Shown here: one piece after another, positions 18,637-26,240 of the stretch
Numbering within the stretch: the first letter of the stretch is position 1
How the letters are laid out: each line of letters begins with the position of its first letter
IMG/VR virus record: IMGVR_UViG_3300003394_000001
Coordinates: 1-39,095 of that record
Source of the DNA: a virus
Taxonomy: Duplodnaviria; Caudoviricetes
DNA: 39,095 nucleotides
Strand: one strand, 5' to 3'
Program-made: the position numbers and the translations under genes
The notes under the pieces: model-generated
Databases searched by the model: none
The model's input: the letters and a program-made list of their open reading frames with translations, nothing else
What the model was told of the DNA's origin: nothing

Positions 18637-18873
18637 ATGAGCAATAACACTACGTACAATGGCTGGACAAACTACGCTACATGGCGTGTCAACCTTGAAA
18701 TCTTCGATGGCGGTGACTGGGAAGGCATGGACGCTCAGTCCTTCAAAGACTTGGCAGAAGAGCACATCATGAGTCAATCAGAGGGTATTGCTCAGGATTA
18801 CGCTCTTGCGTTCCTGTCTGACGTTAATTGGTATGAGATTGCAGAACACTACATCGAAGAGGTGGAAGCATGA
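18637..18873 (+). CDS. Hypothetical acidic early protein
   Basis: Start MSNNTTYNGWTNYATW after GGAG RBS. Confidence 0.7.
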   Translation: MSNNTTYNGWTNYATWRVNLEIFDGGDWEGMDAQSFKDLAEEHIMSQSEGIAQDYALAFLSDVNWYEIAEHYIEEVEA

Positions 18874-19064
18874 GTCGCTATGAAGTCCAATTCAAAACCT
18901 CTGGTATAGTGGCATTTAGCGCCTCTGAACGGGGTATCTGTCAGCACTGGTTAGAATGTAACGATTACGAGCCTGAAACGCCCTGCGTTGACCTTGACAC
19001 TAACCTCGTTCGGTGGGTCAGGGGTGACTGTCTGGGCTTGTTTGTCCTTAAGAAAGTAGGTTAG
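18870..19064 (+). CDS. Hypothetical early protein
   Basis: 64 aa, ATGA overlap, GAGG RBS, ends in TAG. Confidence 0.65.
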   Translation: MSRYEVQFKTSGIVAFSASERGICQHWLECNDYEPETPCVDLDTNLVRWVRGDCLGLFVLKKVG

Positions 19065-19068
19065 TATC

Positions 19069-19161
19069 GTGTGGCCTTTCCCTTCCTTTCCTAACCCATT
19101 GGACACTGGGCATAAGCGCCCTAAGTTTAACCCTTCAAACCATGAGGATGCACCGTTGTGA
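19069..19161 (+). CDS. Small Pro-rich peptide (30 aa)
   Basis: Not in the ORF track. MWPFPSFPNPLDTGHKRPKFNPSNHEDAPL; GTGA overlap with the next gene. Confidence 0.5.
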   Translation: MWPFPSFPNPLDTGHKRPKFNPSNHEDAPL

Positions 19162-19400
19162 TAAAGATCAAACAATTCAGCTACACTATCAGAGGCTTTG
19201 AATTCTATGGCCTTTGTGAGGTGCAATCTATCGAGGCTTTACCCTTGATCGTTACCTGCACCGACCTATACCTTGAACATTTGCCGGGAGATCATGATGT
19301 AAAGAATATCGTAGACTATCAAGTGATCTTGGACATTGAAGATATGGTGAGGATTGAACATGAGAACCCGAAGGGAGCGAATGACTATGAGAACACCTAA
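19158..19400 (+). CDS. Hypothetical early protein
   Basis: 80 aa, GAGGA RBS. Confidence 0.6.
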   Translation: MIKIKQFSYTIRGFEFYGLCEVQSIEALPLIVTCTDLYLEHLPGDHDVKNIVDYQVILDIEDMVRIEHENPKGANDYENT

Positions 19401-19473
19401 CCACTGGCTAGTGCTGTCAATGGTGCTTTTGGCTTACATGATCGCAGGATACTATGATTCAATACATTATTGA
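19387..19473 (+). CDS. Small hydrophobic peptide (28 aa)
   Basis: Not in the ORF track. MRTPNHWLVLSMVLLAYMIAGYYDSIHY, upstream GGGAG. Confidence 0.45.
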   Translation: MRTPNHWLVLSMVLLAYMIAGYYDSIHY

Positions 19474-19573
19474 CCTATTGTTACCTTAACGAAAGCCCTG
19501 AGAAGGGGCTTAAACGGGCCTACAACGGCCTCAAACACATCAACTAAGGGCTACATAGCCAAAGGAGTAAATA

Positions 19574-19804
19574 ATGCGTTGTATCGCTTGTGATAAAACA
19601 TTGAATGACTACGAATCAACACGTAGGCACGCTATCACCAATGAATTCTTAGACACCTGTAATCGGTGCATGAAGGACATCCCTAACATTCCTACAAAGG
19701 ACAGACAGGACTTGTTGAAAGAGGCTGACTACGACGACGATATGGACATCGAAGACACTGACTCTGTTACATCTTGTTACACTTTAGGGCTTGACAAGGA
19801 TTGA
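19574..19804 (+). CDS. Small zinc-finger protein with acidic tail
   Basis: CIAC...CNRC, strong AAGGAG RBS. Confidence 0.75.
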   Translation: MRCIACDKTLNDYESTRRHAITNEFLDTCNRCMKDIPNIPTKDRQDLLKEADYDDDMDIEDTDSVTSCYTLGLDKD

Positions 19805-19818
19805 ACAGCGGATATAAT
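19791..19818 (+). promoter_or_regulatory. Sigma70 promoter
   Basis: Perfect TTGACA-16 bp-TATAAT. Confidence 0.85.
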
Positions 19819-19988
19819 AATACTATAGAGACTGAGACGTTGCTTCTATGCATTGATGTTAACCTACTATAAGTTACTAATATAAGTACTTATACAGAGA
19901 CATAGAAGCATAGAAGAAATGTCTTAGGACTTTAAAGTACTATAGATGTGTATCTAAATGTGTCTAACTTCTGTTAACAGGTTTTAAT

Positions 19989-20177
19989 ATGAATGATTCA
20001 ATGATTGAGTATATGGACAACCAAGAGCAAGAACTTGTACGCTTTGAGTGCTGGTATCACTCTGTGATTGATGATATGGCTGGCCTTATTCGTGCCAATG
20101 GCTATGAACAGGTAATGTTTGACGTAATGTGTGCAGTAAAACGAATGTCTGAGGACGTTAAAGGAGACGAACAATGA
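19989..20177 (+). CDS. Hypothetical protein
   Basis: 62 aa, first ORF after the AT-rich gap. Confidence 0.6.
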   Translation: MNDSMIEYMDNQEQELVRFECWYHSVIDDMAGLIRANGYEQVMFDVMCAVKRMSEDVKGDEQ

Positions 20178-20230
20178 TTGTCTCTCTGTTTGTGGGTGTC
20201 TTAACACTTTTAAAGGTGGTCTTGAAATGA
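20174..20230 (+). CDS. Putative 18-aa hydrophobic minipeptide
   Basis: MIVSLFVGVLTLLKVVLK; AAGGAG RBS; ATGA overlaps with both neighbours. Confidence 0.5.
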   Translation: MIVSLFVGVLTLLKVVLK

Positions 20231-20550
20231 ATATTGAAGAACTTAAACTTGTACTTGAAACTGTGGCTGTTGTTACAGACGACGCTAAGAGCGTCGCTAT
20301 CTGGTATTTTGTTTTTAACTACGGGTGCTCTTTCATCCTTACTCTTGCCGGAATGATAGGTTTTGGATGGCTTGTTTGGGTCATTACAAAGGCTATCTTA
20401 TCCACAAATGAATGGGCTCAGGTAGGGCTAAAATTAGCTAGGGGATGGGGAGCGCAGAGCGCAAGAGGCACTTATCATAGCCCTAATGAATATGACAATC
20501 TTCCAGCTATCGATAAGTGCCTTATGGCGGCTAAGGAACACAAAAAATGA
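20227..20550 (+). CDS. Hypothetical membrane protein
   Basis: 107 aa with a central hydrophobic segment. Confidence 0.65.
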   Translation: MNIEELKLVLETVAVVTDDAKSVAIWYFVFNYGCSFILTLAGMIGFGWLVWVITKAILSTNEWAQVGLKLARGWGAQSARGTYHSPNEYDNLPAIDKCLMAAKEHKK

Positions 20551-20825
20551 CAAACAACAACCCGTATAGCTTGGACGTTAACGTTGAGAACGCTACCTGT
20601 GTTGTCGAGTTCGATATTGATCGCTTTGGCGACATCAACTATGAGACATGGGAAGTGTTCTTTAACAAGGACTTTGTAGTCTCTGAGAAGAGCCTTCACG
20701 CTGACAACTGGGTACGTATTAACGATGTTATCCATGACAAGACATGGGAGTCCATTGAAGACCAGATCAAGGCACAGTGGGCGGATGTAGAGGAACAACA
20801 GAGGGCTTATGATGAAGACTATTAA
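20547..20825 (+). CDS. Hypothetical acidic protein
   Basis: 92 aa, AAGGA RBS, ATGA overlap. Confidence 0.7.
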   Translation: MTNNNPYSLDVNVENATCVVEFDIDRFGDINYETWEVFFNKDFVVSEKSLHADNWVRINDVIHDKTWESIEDQIKAQWADVEEQQRAYDEDY

Positions 20826-21216
20826 AGAGACGTTAGAGCTGGCGCTGGAGGCATTGCAAAGAGATGGCTGGAAAAAAGCTGGTGATGCAATTCGGGCACT
20901 TGAAGAAGCACTTACGTCCGTTCCGGACTGGGCCAGCGAAGTGATAGAGCAGCCCAGTGGCGGAGCCACGTTAGCACCCGTGGCGAAGCCACATGAGCAG
21001 GAGCCGCTTACTGACGAACACATTGAGCGCATTTACCACCGTTACGGCGGGGACATGATTAACTGTGCCAGAGCAATTGAACGAGCAGCACAGCGCACAT
21101 GGGTTGGGCTGACCATTGAAGACAAGAAAGAGTACATAGCACAAGACTTTGGCGGGAGTCGCACAGATGCTATGGATTGGACAGAGAAACGGCTTAAGGA
21201 GAAGAACAGTGACTAG
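20809..21216 (+). CDS. Hypothetical protein
   Basis: 135 aa with short modules (LELALEAL, EPLTDE, ARAIE, TWVGLT). Confidence 0.7.
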   Translation: MMKTIKETLELALEALQRDGWKKAGDAIRALEEALTSVPDWASEVIEQPSGGATLAPVAKPHEQEPLTDEHIERIYHRYGGDMINCARAIERAAQRTWVGLTIEDKKEYIAQDFGGSRTDAMDWTEKRLKEKNSD

Positions 21217-22807
21217 CAAGTTTCTGAAGCACATCGCCTGTGAGCACTGCGGAAGCACTGATGCGAACTCGCTCTATGATGATGGGCATACACACTGCTT
21301 TAAGTGCGGAACAACCGAACATGAGCATGAAGCTGAAGATAGACACGCCACGAGGCACAACATGGCACGGAAGACCGCGACACCAATGGAAATCAAAGGA
21401 CAATTCAAATCAATCCCTGATCGAGGAATCAGTCAGGCAACCTGTGAAAAGTACGGAGTAACAACCGATGGAGACAACCAATATTATCCTTACACTGACG
21501 CAGCAGGAGTTAGAACGGCTGTTAAACAACGCACTGTTTCTACAAAGAAATTCTCTATCTCAGGAGACTTCAACGGAGCAACTCTATTCGGTCAGTCTCT
21601 CTTTCACGAAGGAGGAAAGGCTCTCACCATCACAGAAGGAGAACTTGATGCTCTCGCAGCTTTCCAGATGCAAGGAAGTCTCTACCCTACAGTGAGCATT
21701 CGCAATGGCGCTCAGGCAGCGTTAAAGGACTGCAAAGCTAACTACGAGTGGATCAACACCTTTGACTCTGTAGTCATCTGCTTTGATGCCGATGAGCCGG
21801 GGAAGAAAGCTGCTAAGGAAGTGGCTGAGTTGTTCGGCAACAAGGCCAAGATCATGCAGTACAAGGACGGATACAAGGATGCTTGTGAATACTTGCAATC
21901 AGGTGCGTCTAAGGAGTTTGTTAATGCTTGGTGGAGAGCTGCTCCTTATGTGCCTGACGGTATTGTTAACGCTGCTGACCTCTGGGAAGAAATCTCCAAA
22001 CCAGAGCCGATTGCAGAGGCTCAGTACCCTTGGGCAGGATTGAATAAGCTGTTGTACGGTATCCGTCCTGCTGAGTTGATTACAGTTACCGCAGGCAGTG
22101 GCTTGGGTAAGAGTCAATTCTTGCGTGAAATACTGTACAATCTGCTGAAGACAACTAGCTGGAACATTGGTGGACTCTTCCTTGAGGAATCTACTCGTAA
22201 GACAGCACGAAGTATCATGTCATTGCACGCTAACAAGCTGTTGCACTTACCTGATACACCTACAACTGAACAGGAATTGAAGGAGGCTTTTGATGCTACT
22301 CTTGGCTCTAATCGTATATACCTTTTTGATCATTTTGGTAGTAGCGATGTGGATAACATTTCTAATCGAATCCGATACATGGCAAAAGCTTGTGATTGCC
22401 GTGTTGTATTTCTCGACCACATTAGCATCGTGGTTAGCGGTCAGGATCTGGGAGATGAGCGCAAAGCTATTGACAACATGATGACAAAGCTGCGTACCTT
22501 GGTACAGGAGTTGAATATCACTCTGATCTGTGTGAGTCATCTCCGTAGGCCTCAAGGCAACCAAGGACACGAGGATGGTGGTAGTGTGTCTCTGTCTCAG
22601 TTGCGAGGCTCAGGTGCTATTGCACAGTTGAGCGATGCTGTGATCACGTTGGAGCGTAATAGCATGGCTGAGAATGAGGATGAACGTCACTTAACCAAGA
22701 TTGCAGTGGCAAAGAATCGGTACAACGGGGAAACTGGCCCTGCTTGTAAGTTACAATACAATGGCTATACTGGACGTATGACTGAAGTTGAGGAGGAAAT
22801 ACTATGA
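21209..22807 (+). CDS. T7 gp4-like DNA primase-helicase (probable GTG start at 21209)
   Basis: Zinc finger CEHC..HCFKC, TOPRIM EGELD and FDADEPG, Walker A GSGLGKS, LDH, SQLRGSG, KNR; AAGGAG RBS. Confidence 0.96.
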   Translation: MTSKFLKHIACEHCGSTDANSLYDDGHTHCFKCGTTEHEHEAEDRHATRHNMARKTATPMEIKGQFKSIPDRGISQATCEKYGVTTDGDNQYYPYTDAAGVRTAVKQRTVSTKKFSISGDFNGATLFGQSLFHEGGKALTITEGELDALAAFQMQGSLYPTVSIRNGAQAALKDCKANYEWINTFDSVVICFDADEPGKKAAKEVAELFGNKAKIMQYKDGYKDACEYLQSGASKEFVNAWWRAAPYVPDGIVNAADLWEEISKPEPIAEAQYPWAGLNKLLYGIRPAELITVTAGSGLGKSQFLREILYNLLKTTSWNIGGLFLEESTRKTARSIMSLHANKLLHLPDTPTTEQELKEAFDATLGSNRIYLFDHFGSSDVDNISNRIRYMAKACDCRVVFLDHISIVVSGQDLGDERKAIDNMMTKLRTLVQELNITLICVSHLRRPQGNQGHEDGGSVSLSQLRGSGAIAQLSDAVITLERNSMAENEDERHLTKIAVAKNRYNGETGPACKLQYNGYTGRMTEVEEEIL

Positions 22808-22977
22808 CAGACAATGTAATCCCTTTCAAGGAACCTGATCCTAAATGTTCCTTCTGTGGTACACTTAAAAGTGTCGCTAAGAAGTTCATTGCTGGGTCTA
22901 ATGGTAAGAATATCTGTGGAGAATGTGTTAAACACGCTACAAAGCGGCTTAAGGAGAGCGAACATGGCAATGAGTGA
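22804..22977 (+). CDS. Stand-alone ClpX C4-type zinc-finger protein (57 aa)
   Basis: Not in the ORF track. KCSFCGTLKSVAKKFIAGSNGKNICGECV matches the ClpX N-domain pattern CSFCG......KLIAG....IC.ECV; GAGGAGG RBS; ATGA overlap with the helicase. Confidence 0.8.
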   Translation: MTDNVIPFKEPDPKCSFCGTLKSVAKKFIAGSNGKNICGECVKHATKRLKESEHGNE

Positions 22978-23134
22978 TGGAGGCAAGGGAAGTGCCCCAC
23001 GGCCTTTCTCGGTGAGTAACGATGAATATGCAAACCGATGGGATGCTATCTTCGGACGGGATAAAGACAAAGAGGAAGAACCTAAAGGTAAGGCCTTGGA
23101 AGAGGAACCGTTGAAGGAAGATGACAATGACTAA
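22964..23134 (+). CDS. Small hypothetical protein (56 aa)
   Basis: Start MAMSDGGKGSAPRP after AAGGAG RBS. Confidence 0.7.
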   Translation: MAMSDGGKGSAPRPFSVSNDEYANRWDAIFGRDKDKEEEPKGKALEEEPLKEDDND

Positions 23135-23354
23135 AGATGACATTATCCGCATGGCGCGAGAGTCTTGGATTTCAGAAAAAGAAGCTGAAATGATTGGGGA
23201 GTTTGATGGGTATTTGTCATGCACATACCTTAATGACCTTATACGCTTCGCCGACCTTGTCGCATCAGCCGAGCGTGAGGCGTGTGCAGTCTTGGCAGAA
23301 AAGGAAGCACAGTATAGCGTTGCAACAGCTATCAGGGAACGGAGTCTTTCATGA
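23121..23354 (+). CDS. Hypothetical protein
   Basis: 77 aa, DIIRMARE...RFA.LV...EREACA pattern. Confidence 0.7.
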   Translation: MTMTKDDIIRMARESWISEKEAEMIGEFDGYLSCTYLNDLIRFADLVASAEREACAVLAEKEAQYSVATAIRERSLS

Positions 23355-23500
23355 CAGTAGAGCATCTAATTGTAGGAGCTACCGGCGTAGGCTATCTGAT
23401 CGTAGGTGTGCTACAATGGACGAAGGGAGAAATCTCTAACGGGATGATCTGGACGGGCTATGCCTTTGCTCAGATTGGTTTATGGCTTAACATTCGATGA
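23351..23500 (+). CDS. Small two-TM membrane protein (49 aa)
   Basis: Not in the ORF track. MTVEHLIVGATGVGYLIVGVLQW...GYAFAQIGLWLNIR; GGAG RBS; ATGA overlap. Confidence 0.7.
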   Translation: MTVEHLIVGATGVGYLIVGVLQWTKGEISNGMIWTGYAFAQIGLWLNIR

Positions 23501-23511
23501 GGAGAAAGATC

Positions 23512-23733
23512 ATGCCCGACATCAGCATGTGTAACGACTATTCATGTCCTGACTTTGATAGGTGCTACCGAGCACAGGCCAAGCCTTCGGAGTATCGTCA
23601 GAGTTACTTCTCAGGTTCTCCTCGGAGCATGGATGGTTGTCAATACTTGTGGCCTTTGGAAGAAACAGATGAGAATCGTACTGGACATCGAAACAAACCT
23701 AGCACACGACAAGATACACCTAGTCGTAACTAA
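23512..23733 (+). CDS. Small Cys-rich protein
   Basis: MPDISMC....C.....CYR...QSYF..C; GAGGAG RBS. Confidence 0.7.
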   Translation: MPDISMCNDYSCPDFDRCYRAQAKPSEYRQSYFSGSPRSMDGCQYLWPLEETDENRTGHRNKPSTRQDTPSRN

Positions 23734-25381
23734 AGACATTGACAACGGAGAAGTAAGAACATGGAAAGTAGCCGACAACCTGCGGGAGTATTTAAAGGGC
23801 GTGTCGTTGATAGTCATGCACAACGGCATCTCTTTCGATGCACCAGTATTGAATCGCTTATGGAAGACGAAGATTCGTTTGAGTCAAGTGTACGATACAT
23901 TGATAGTAAGCAGGCTTCTCGAACCGAGCCGCGAGACAGGACACAGCCTCGAAGCGTGGGGCAACACGTTAGGGTTCCACAAGATTGACTACGCAGCCGT
24001 ATGGCAATGGATGATGGACAGGAAAGAGGAGTACAAGAATGAGTGTTTCGACTATCCTATTGACAACCTTCTTACTGATTACTGTATTAGGGACGTTGAA
24101 GTTACTGCTAAGTTGTACACTCACTTGGTTAGTGAACTGGAGCAGAAGCAGTTTAGCCAAGAGTCGGTAGACCTTGAACATCGTGTGGCAGCAATCATAT
24201 CGGAGCAAGAGCGTAATGGATTCAAACTCGACCAGATCTATACTACCTGTTTACTTACTGACATCAAGTCAAAAGTGGCAGGAATATATGAGCGAATGCA
24301 GGCTAGGTGGCCGCCAGTCACCGTTGAACGATTCTCTGACAAAACAGGAAAGCGACTCAAAGATTCCATTGTTACTTTCAACCCCGGAAGCAGACAACAG
24401 ATCGGAGAGAAGCTGAAGGAACTTGGGTGGAAACCTAAGGAGTTCACCGAGACAGGGATACCTAAGATTGACGAGACAGTGCTCGCTAATGTTAAGATAC
24501 CAGAGGCTCAGATCATTGCTGAGTACCTGATGCTGAACAAGCGAGTAAGTCAGATTGAATCTTGGTTAGAGGCTGTAGGTAAGGACGGACGAGTACATGG
24601 TAAGGTGATTACCAATGGTGCTGTGACAGGTCGGATGACCCATAGCAGCCCTAACATGGCTCAGATTCCCAATGCAGGTTCCATCTACGGGCCTGAGTGC
24701 AGGGAGTGCTGGTCAGTTGAAGAAGGTAATGTGTTGGTAGGTTGCGATGCTTCAGGTCTGGAGCTTCGTATGTTGGCTCACTATATGAAGGATGAAGATT
24801 ATGTCAGAACTGTCTGTGAGGGATCATCTAAAGATGGAACGGATGTTCATACAGTTAACCAAAGAGCAGCAGGACTCGCTACTAGAGACAATGCAAAAAC
24901 TTTTATCTACGCCTTCCTCTATGGAGCAGGAGATGCAAAGATTGGTAGCATTGTGGGAGGCAGTGCAAGAGATGGGACAAAGCTCAAAGCTAAGTTCCTT
25001 GCTCAAACCCCTGCCCTCGCCAAGCTCCTCGAAAGAGTCAGCAAGCAAGCAGCCAAAGGGTGGGTTCCCGGACTTGATGGGAGGCGTATTTGGGTTCGAT
25101 CCGAGCATGCGGCTCTCAATTCGCTCCTCCAAGGCGCAGGCGCTGTAGTGATGAAGAAGGCTTTGGTCTTGTTTGACGACAAGGTTAAGGCTAACAAGTG
25201 GACGGTGAAGTATGCCGCCAATGTCCACGATGAGGCTCAGTTAGAATGTTCAAAAGATATTGCCGAAGATGTTGGCAAAGCCTTTAAACAGAGTATAATT
25301 GAGGCAGGGGAAGCTTACAATCTACGCTGTCCTTTGGATGGTGAGTACAAGATAGGAAATAATTGGCGTGAAACCCATTGA
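23669..25381 (+). CDS. polA: Family A DNA polymerase (T7 gp5-like), probable start MRIVLDIET
   Basis: Exonuclease motifs DIET, HNGISFD, YCIRD; motif A DASGLELR, motif B RDNAKTFIYAFLYG, motif C VHDE. Confidence 0.97.
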   Translation: MRIVLDIETNLAHDKIHLVVTKDIDNGEVRTWKVADNLREYLKGVSLIVMHNGISFDAPVLNRLWKTKIRLSQVYDTLIVSRLLEPSRETGHSLEAWGNTLGFHKIDYAAVWQWMMDRKEEYKNECFDYPIDNLLTDYCIRDVEVTAKLYTHLVSELEQKQFSQESVDLEHRVAAIISEQERNGFKLDQIYTTCLLTDIKSKVAGIYERMQARWPPVTVERFSDKTGKRLKDSIVTFNPGSRQQIGEKLKELGWKPKEFTETGIPKIDETVLANVKIPEAQIIAEYLMLNKRVSQIESWLEAVGKDGRVHGKVITNGAVTGRMTHSSPNMAQIPNAGSIYGPECRECWSVEEGNVLVGCDASGLELRMLAHYMKDEDYVRTVCEGSSKDGTDVHTVNQRAAGLATRDNAKTFIYAFLYGAGDAKIGSIVGGSARDGTKLKAKFLAQTPALAKLLERVSKQAAKGWVPGLDGRRIWVRSEHAALNSLLQGAGAVVMKKALVLFDDKVKANKWTVKYAANVHDEAQLECSKDIAEDVGKAFKQSIIEAGEAYNLRCPLDGEYKIGNNWRETH

Positions 25382-25390
25382 AAGGAAGGT

Positions 25391-26119
25391 ATGAATGAGC
25401 TGGCTTTATTCTCAGGCGCTGGTGGAGGAATACTTGGAGGAAAACTCCTTGGATGGCGCACAATTTGCGCCGTTGAATGGGGAAAGTATCCAGCAAGCGT
25501 ATTGCTCGCCCGGCAAAATGAAGGACTTCTCCCGCCTTTCCCGATTTGGGATGATGTTCAAACCTTTGACGGAAAACCTTGGCGAGGAATTGTTGACGTT
25601 GTATCTGGAGGATTTCCGTGCCAAGACATTAGTTCAGCAGGCCGAGGCGCTGGAATTGAAGGAGAAAGGTCAAGTATGTGGAAACACATGGCAAGGATCA
25701 TTGGAGAAGTTCGACCAACTTCCGCTTGGATTGAAAACTCCTCTATGCTTGTTAAAAGAGGATTGGGAACCGTCCTTAAAGACTTGGCCGAGATGGGGTA
25801 CAATGCTGAATGGGGAGTGTTTTCAGCAGGAGCCGTTGGAGCAAATCACGAGAGGCAGAGAATTTGGATACTTGCCTACTCCAACTTGTCACAACTCGAA
25901 GGAAGGAGCGTATCCAGCGGAGTATACAAGGAAAACACCGACTTTGGCGACTCACGTTGGTGGCAAGATTCATCCGGAATTCACCGAATGGATGATGGGG
26001 TGGCCGCTAGGATGGACAGGCTTAAAGCCACTGGAAACGGACAAGTACCAAAAGTGGCAGCAAATGCATGGATTAAACTAATGAAACGAATTAAAGAAAA
26101 TAATTGTAACAAACCTTGA
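25391..26119 (+). CDS. dcm: C5-cytosine DNA methyltransferase, catalytic (alpha) polypeptide
   Basis: Motif I LFSGAGG, IV GGFPCQ, VI ENS, VIII RQRIW, X RLKATGNGQVP; motif IX absent. Confidence 0.92.
   Translation: MNELALFSGAGGGILGGKLLGWRTICAVEWGKYPASVLLARQNEGLLPPFPIWDDVQTFDGKPWRGIVDVVSGGFPCQDISSAGRGAGIEGERSSMWKHMARIIGEVRPTSAWIENSSMLVKRGLGTVLKDLAEMGYNAEWGVFSAGAVGANHERQRIWILAYSNLSQLEGRSVSSGVYKENTDFGDSRWWQDSSGIHRMDDGVAARMDRLKATGNGQVPKVAANAWIKLMKRIKENNCNKP
25395..26081 (+). CDS. Overlapping +1-frame polypeptide, putative beta subunit of the C5 methyltransferase
   Basis: 228 codons open entirely inside dcm; carries LPTPT...TPTL and motif-IX-like HPEFTEWMMGWPLGWT. Confidence 0.75.
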   Translation: MSWLYSQALVEEYLEENSLDGAQFAPLNGESIQQAYCSPGKMKDFSRLSRFGMMFKPLTENLGEELLTLYLEDFRAKTLVQQAEALELKEKGQVCGNTWQGSLEKFDQLPLGLKTPLCLLKEDWEPSLKTWPRWGTMLNGECFQQEPLEQITRGREFGYLPTPTCHNSKEGAYPAEYTRKTPTLATHVGGKIHPEFTEWMMGWPLGWTGLKPLETDKYQKWQQMHGLN

Positions 26120-26143
26120 CATGACGTTAAAGTGATGTACAAT
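26116..26143 (+). promoter_or_regulatory. Sigma70 promoter for tRNA/ssb
   Basis: TTGACA-16 bp-TACAAT, 12 nt before the tRNA. Confidence 0.8.
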
Positions 26144-26155
26144 ATTAGGTAAGAA

Positions 26156-26240
26156 GCGAGTGTGGTGGAACTGGTATACACAGCAGACTTAAAATCTGCC
26201 GCCGAAAGGATTGAGGGTTCAAAGCCCTCCACTCGTACCA
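26156..26240 (+). tRNA. trnL: tRNA-Leu (anticodon UAA)
   Basis: Acceptor GCGAGTG/CACTCGT plus ACCA, anticodon arm GCAGA-CTTAAAA-TCTGC, long variable arm, T arm GAGGG-TTCAAAG-CCCTC. Confidence 0.93.

Noticed and set aside
21149-23668. ORF-track starts for primase-helicase (21149) and polymerase (23555); likewise HNH (26863) and DUF3310-like (31156)
   Set aside because: They overlap upstream genes or promoters; downstream starts at 21209, 23669, 26923 and 31222 fit the RBS and domain boundaries better
25391-26119. Methyltransferase as a frameshifted pseudogene or sequencing error
   Set aside because: Both frames stay open for ~690 nt and motif X returns in frame 0, so a single indel cannot explain the pattern
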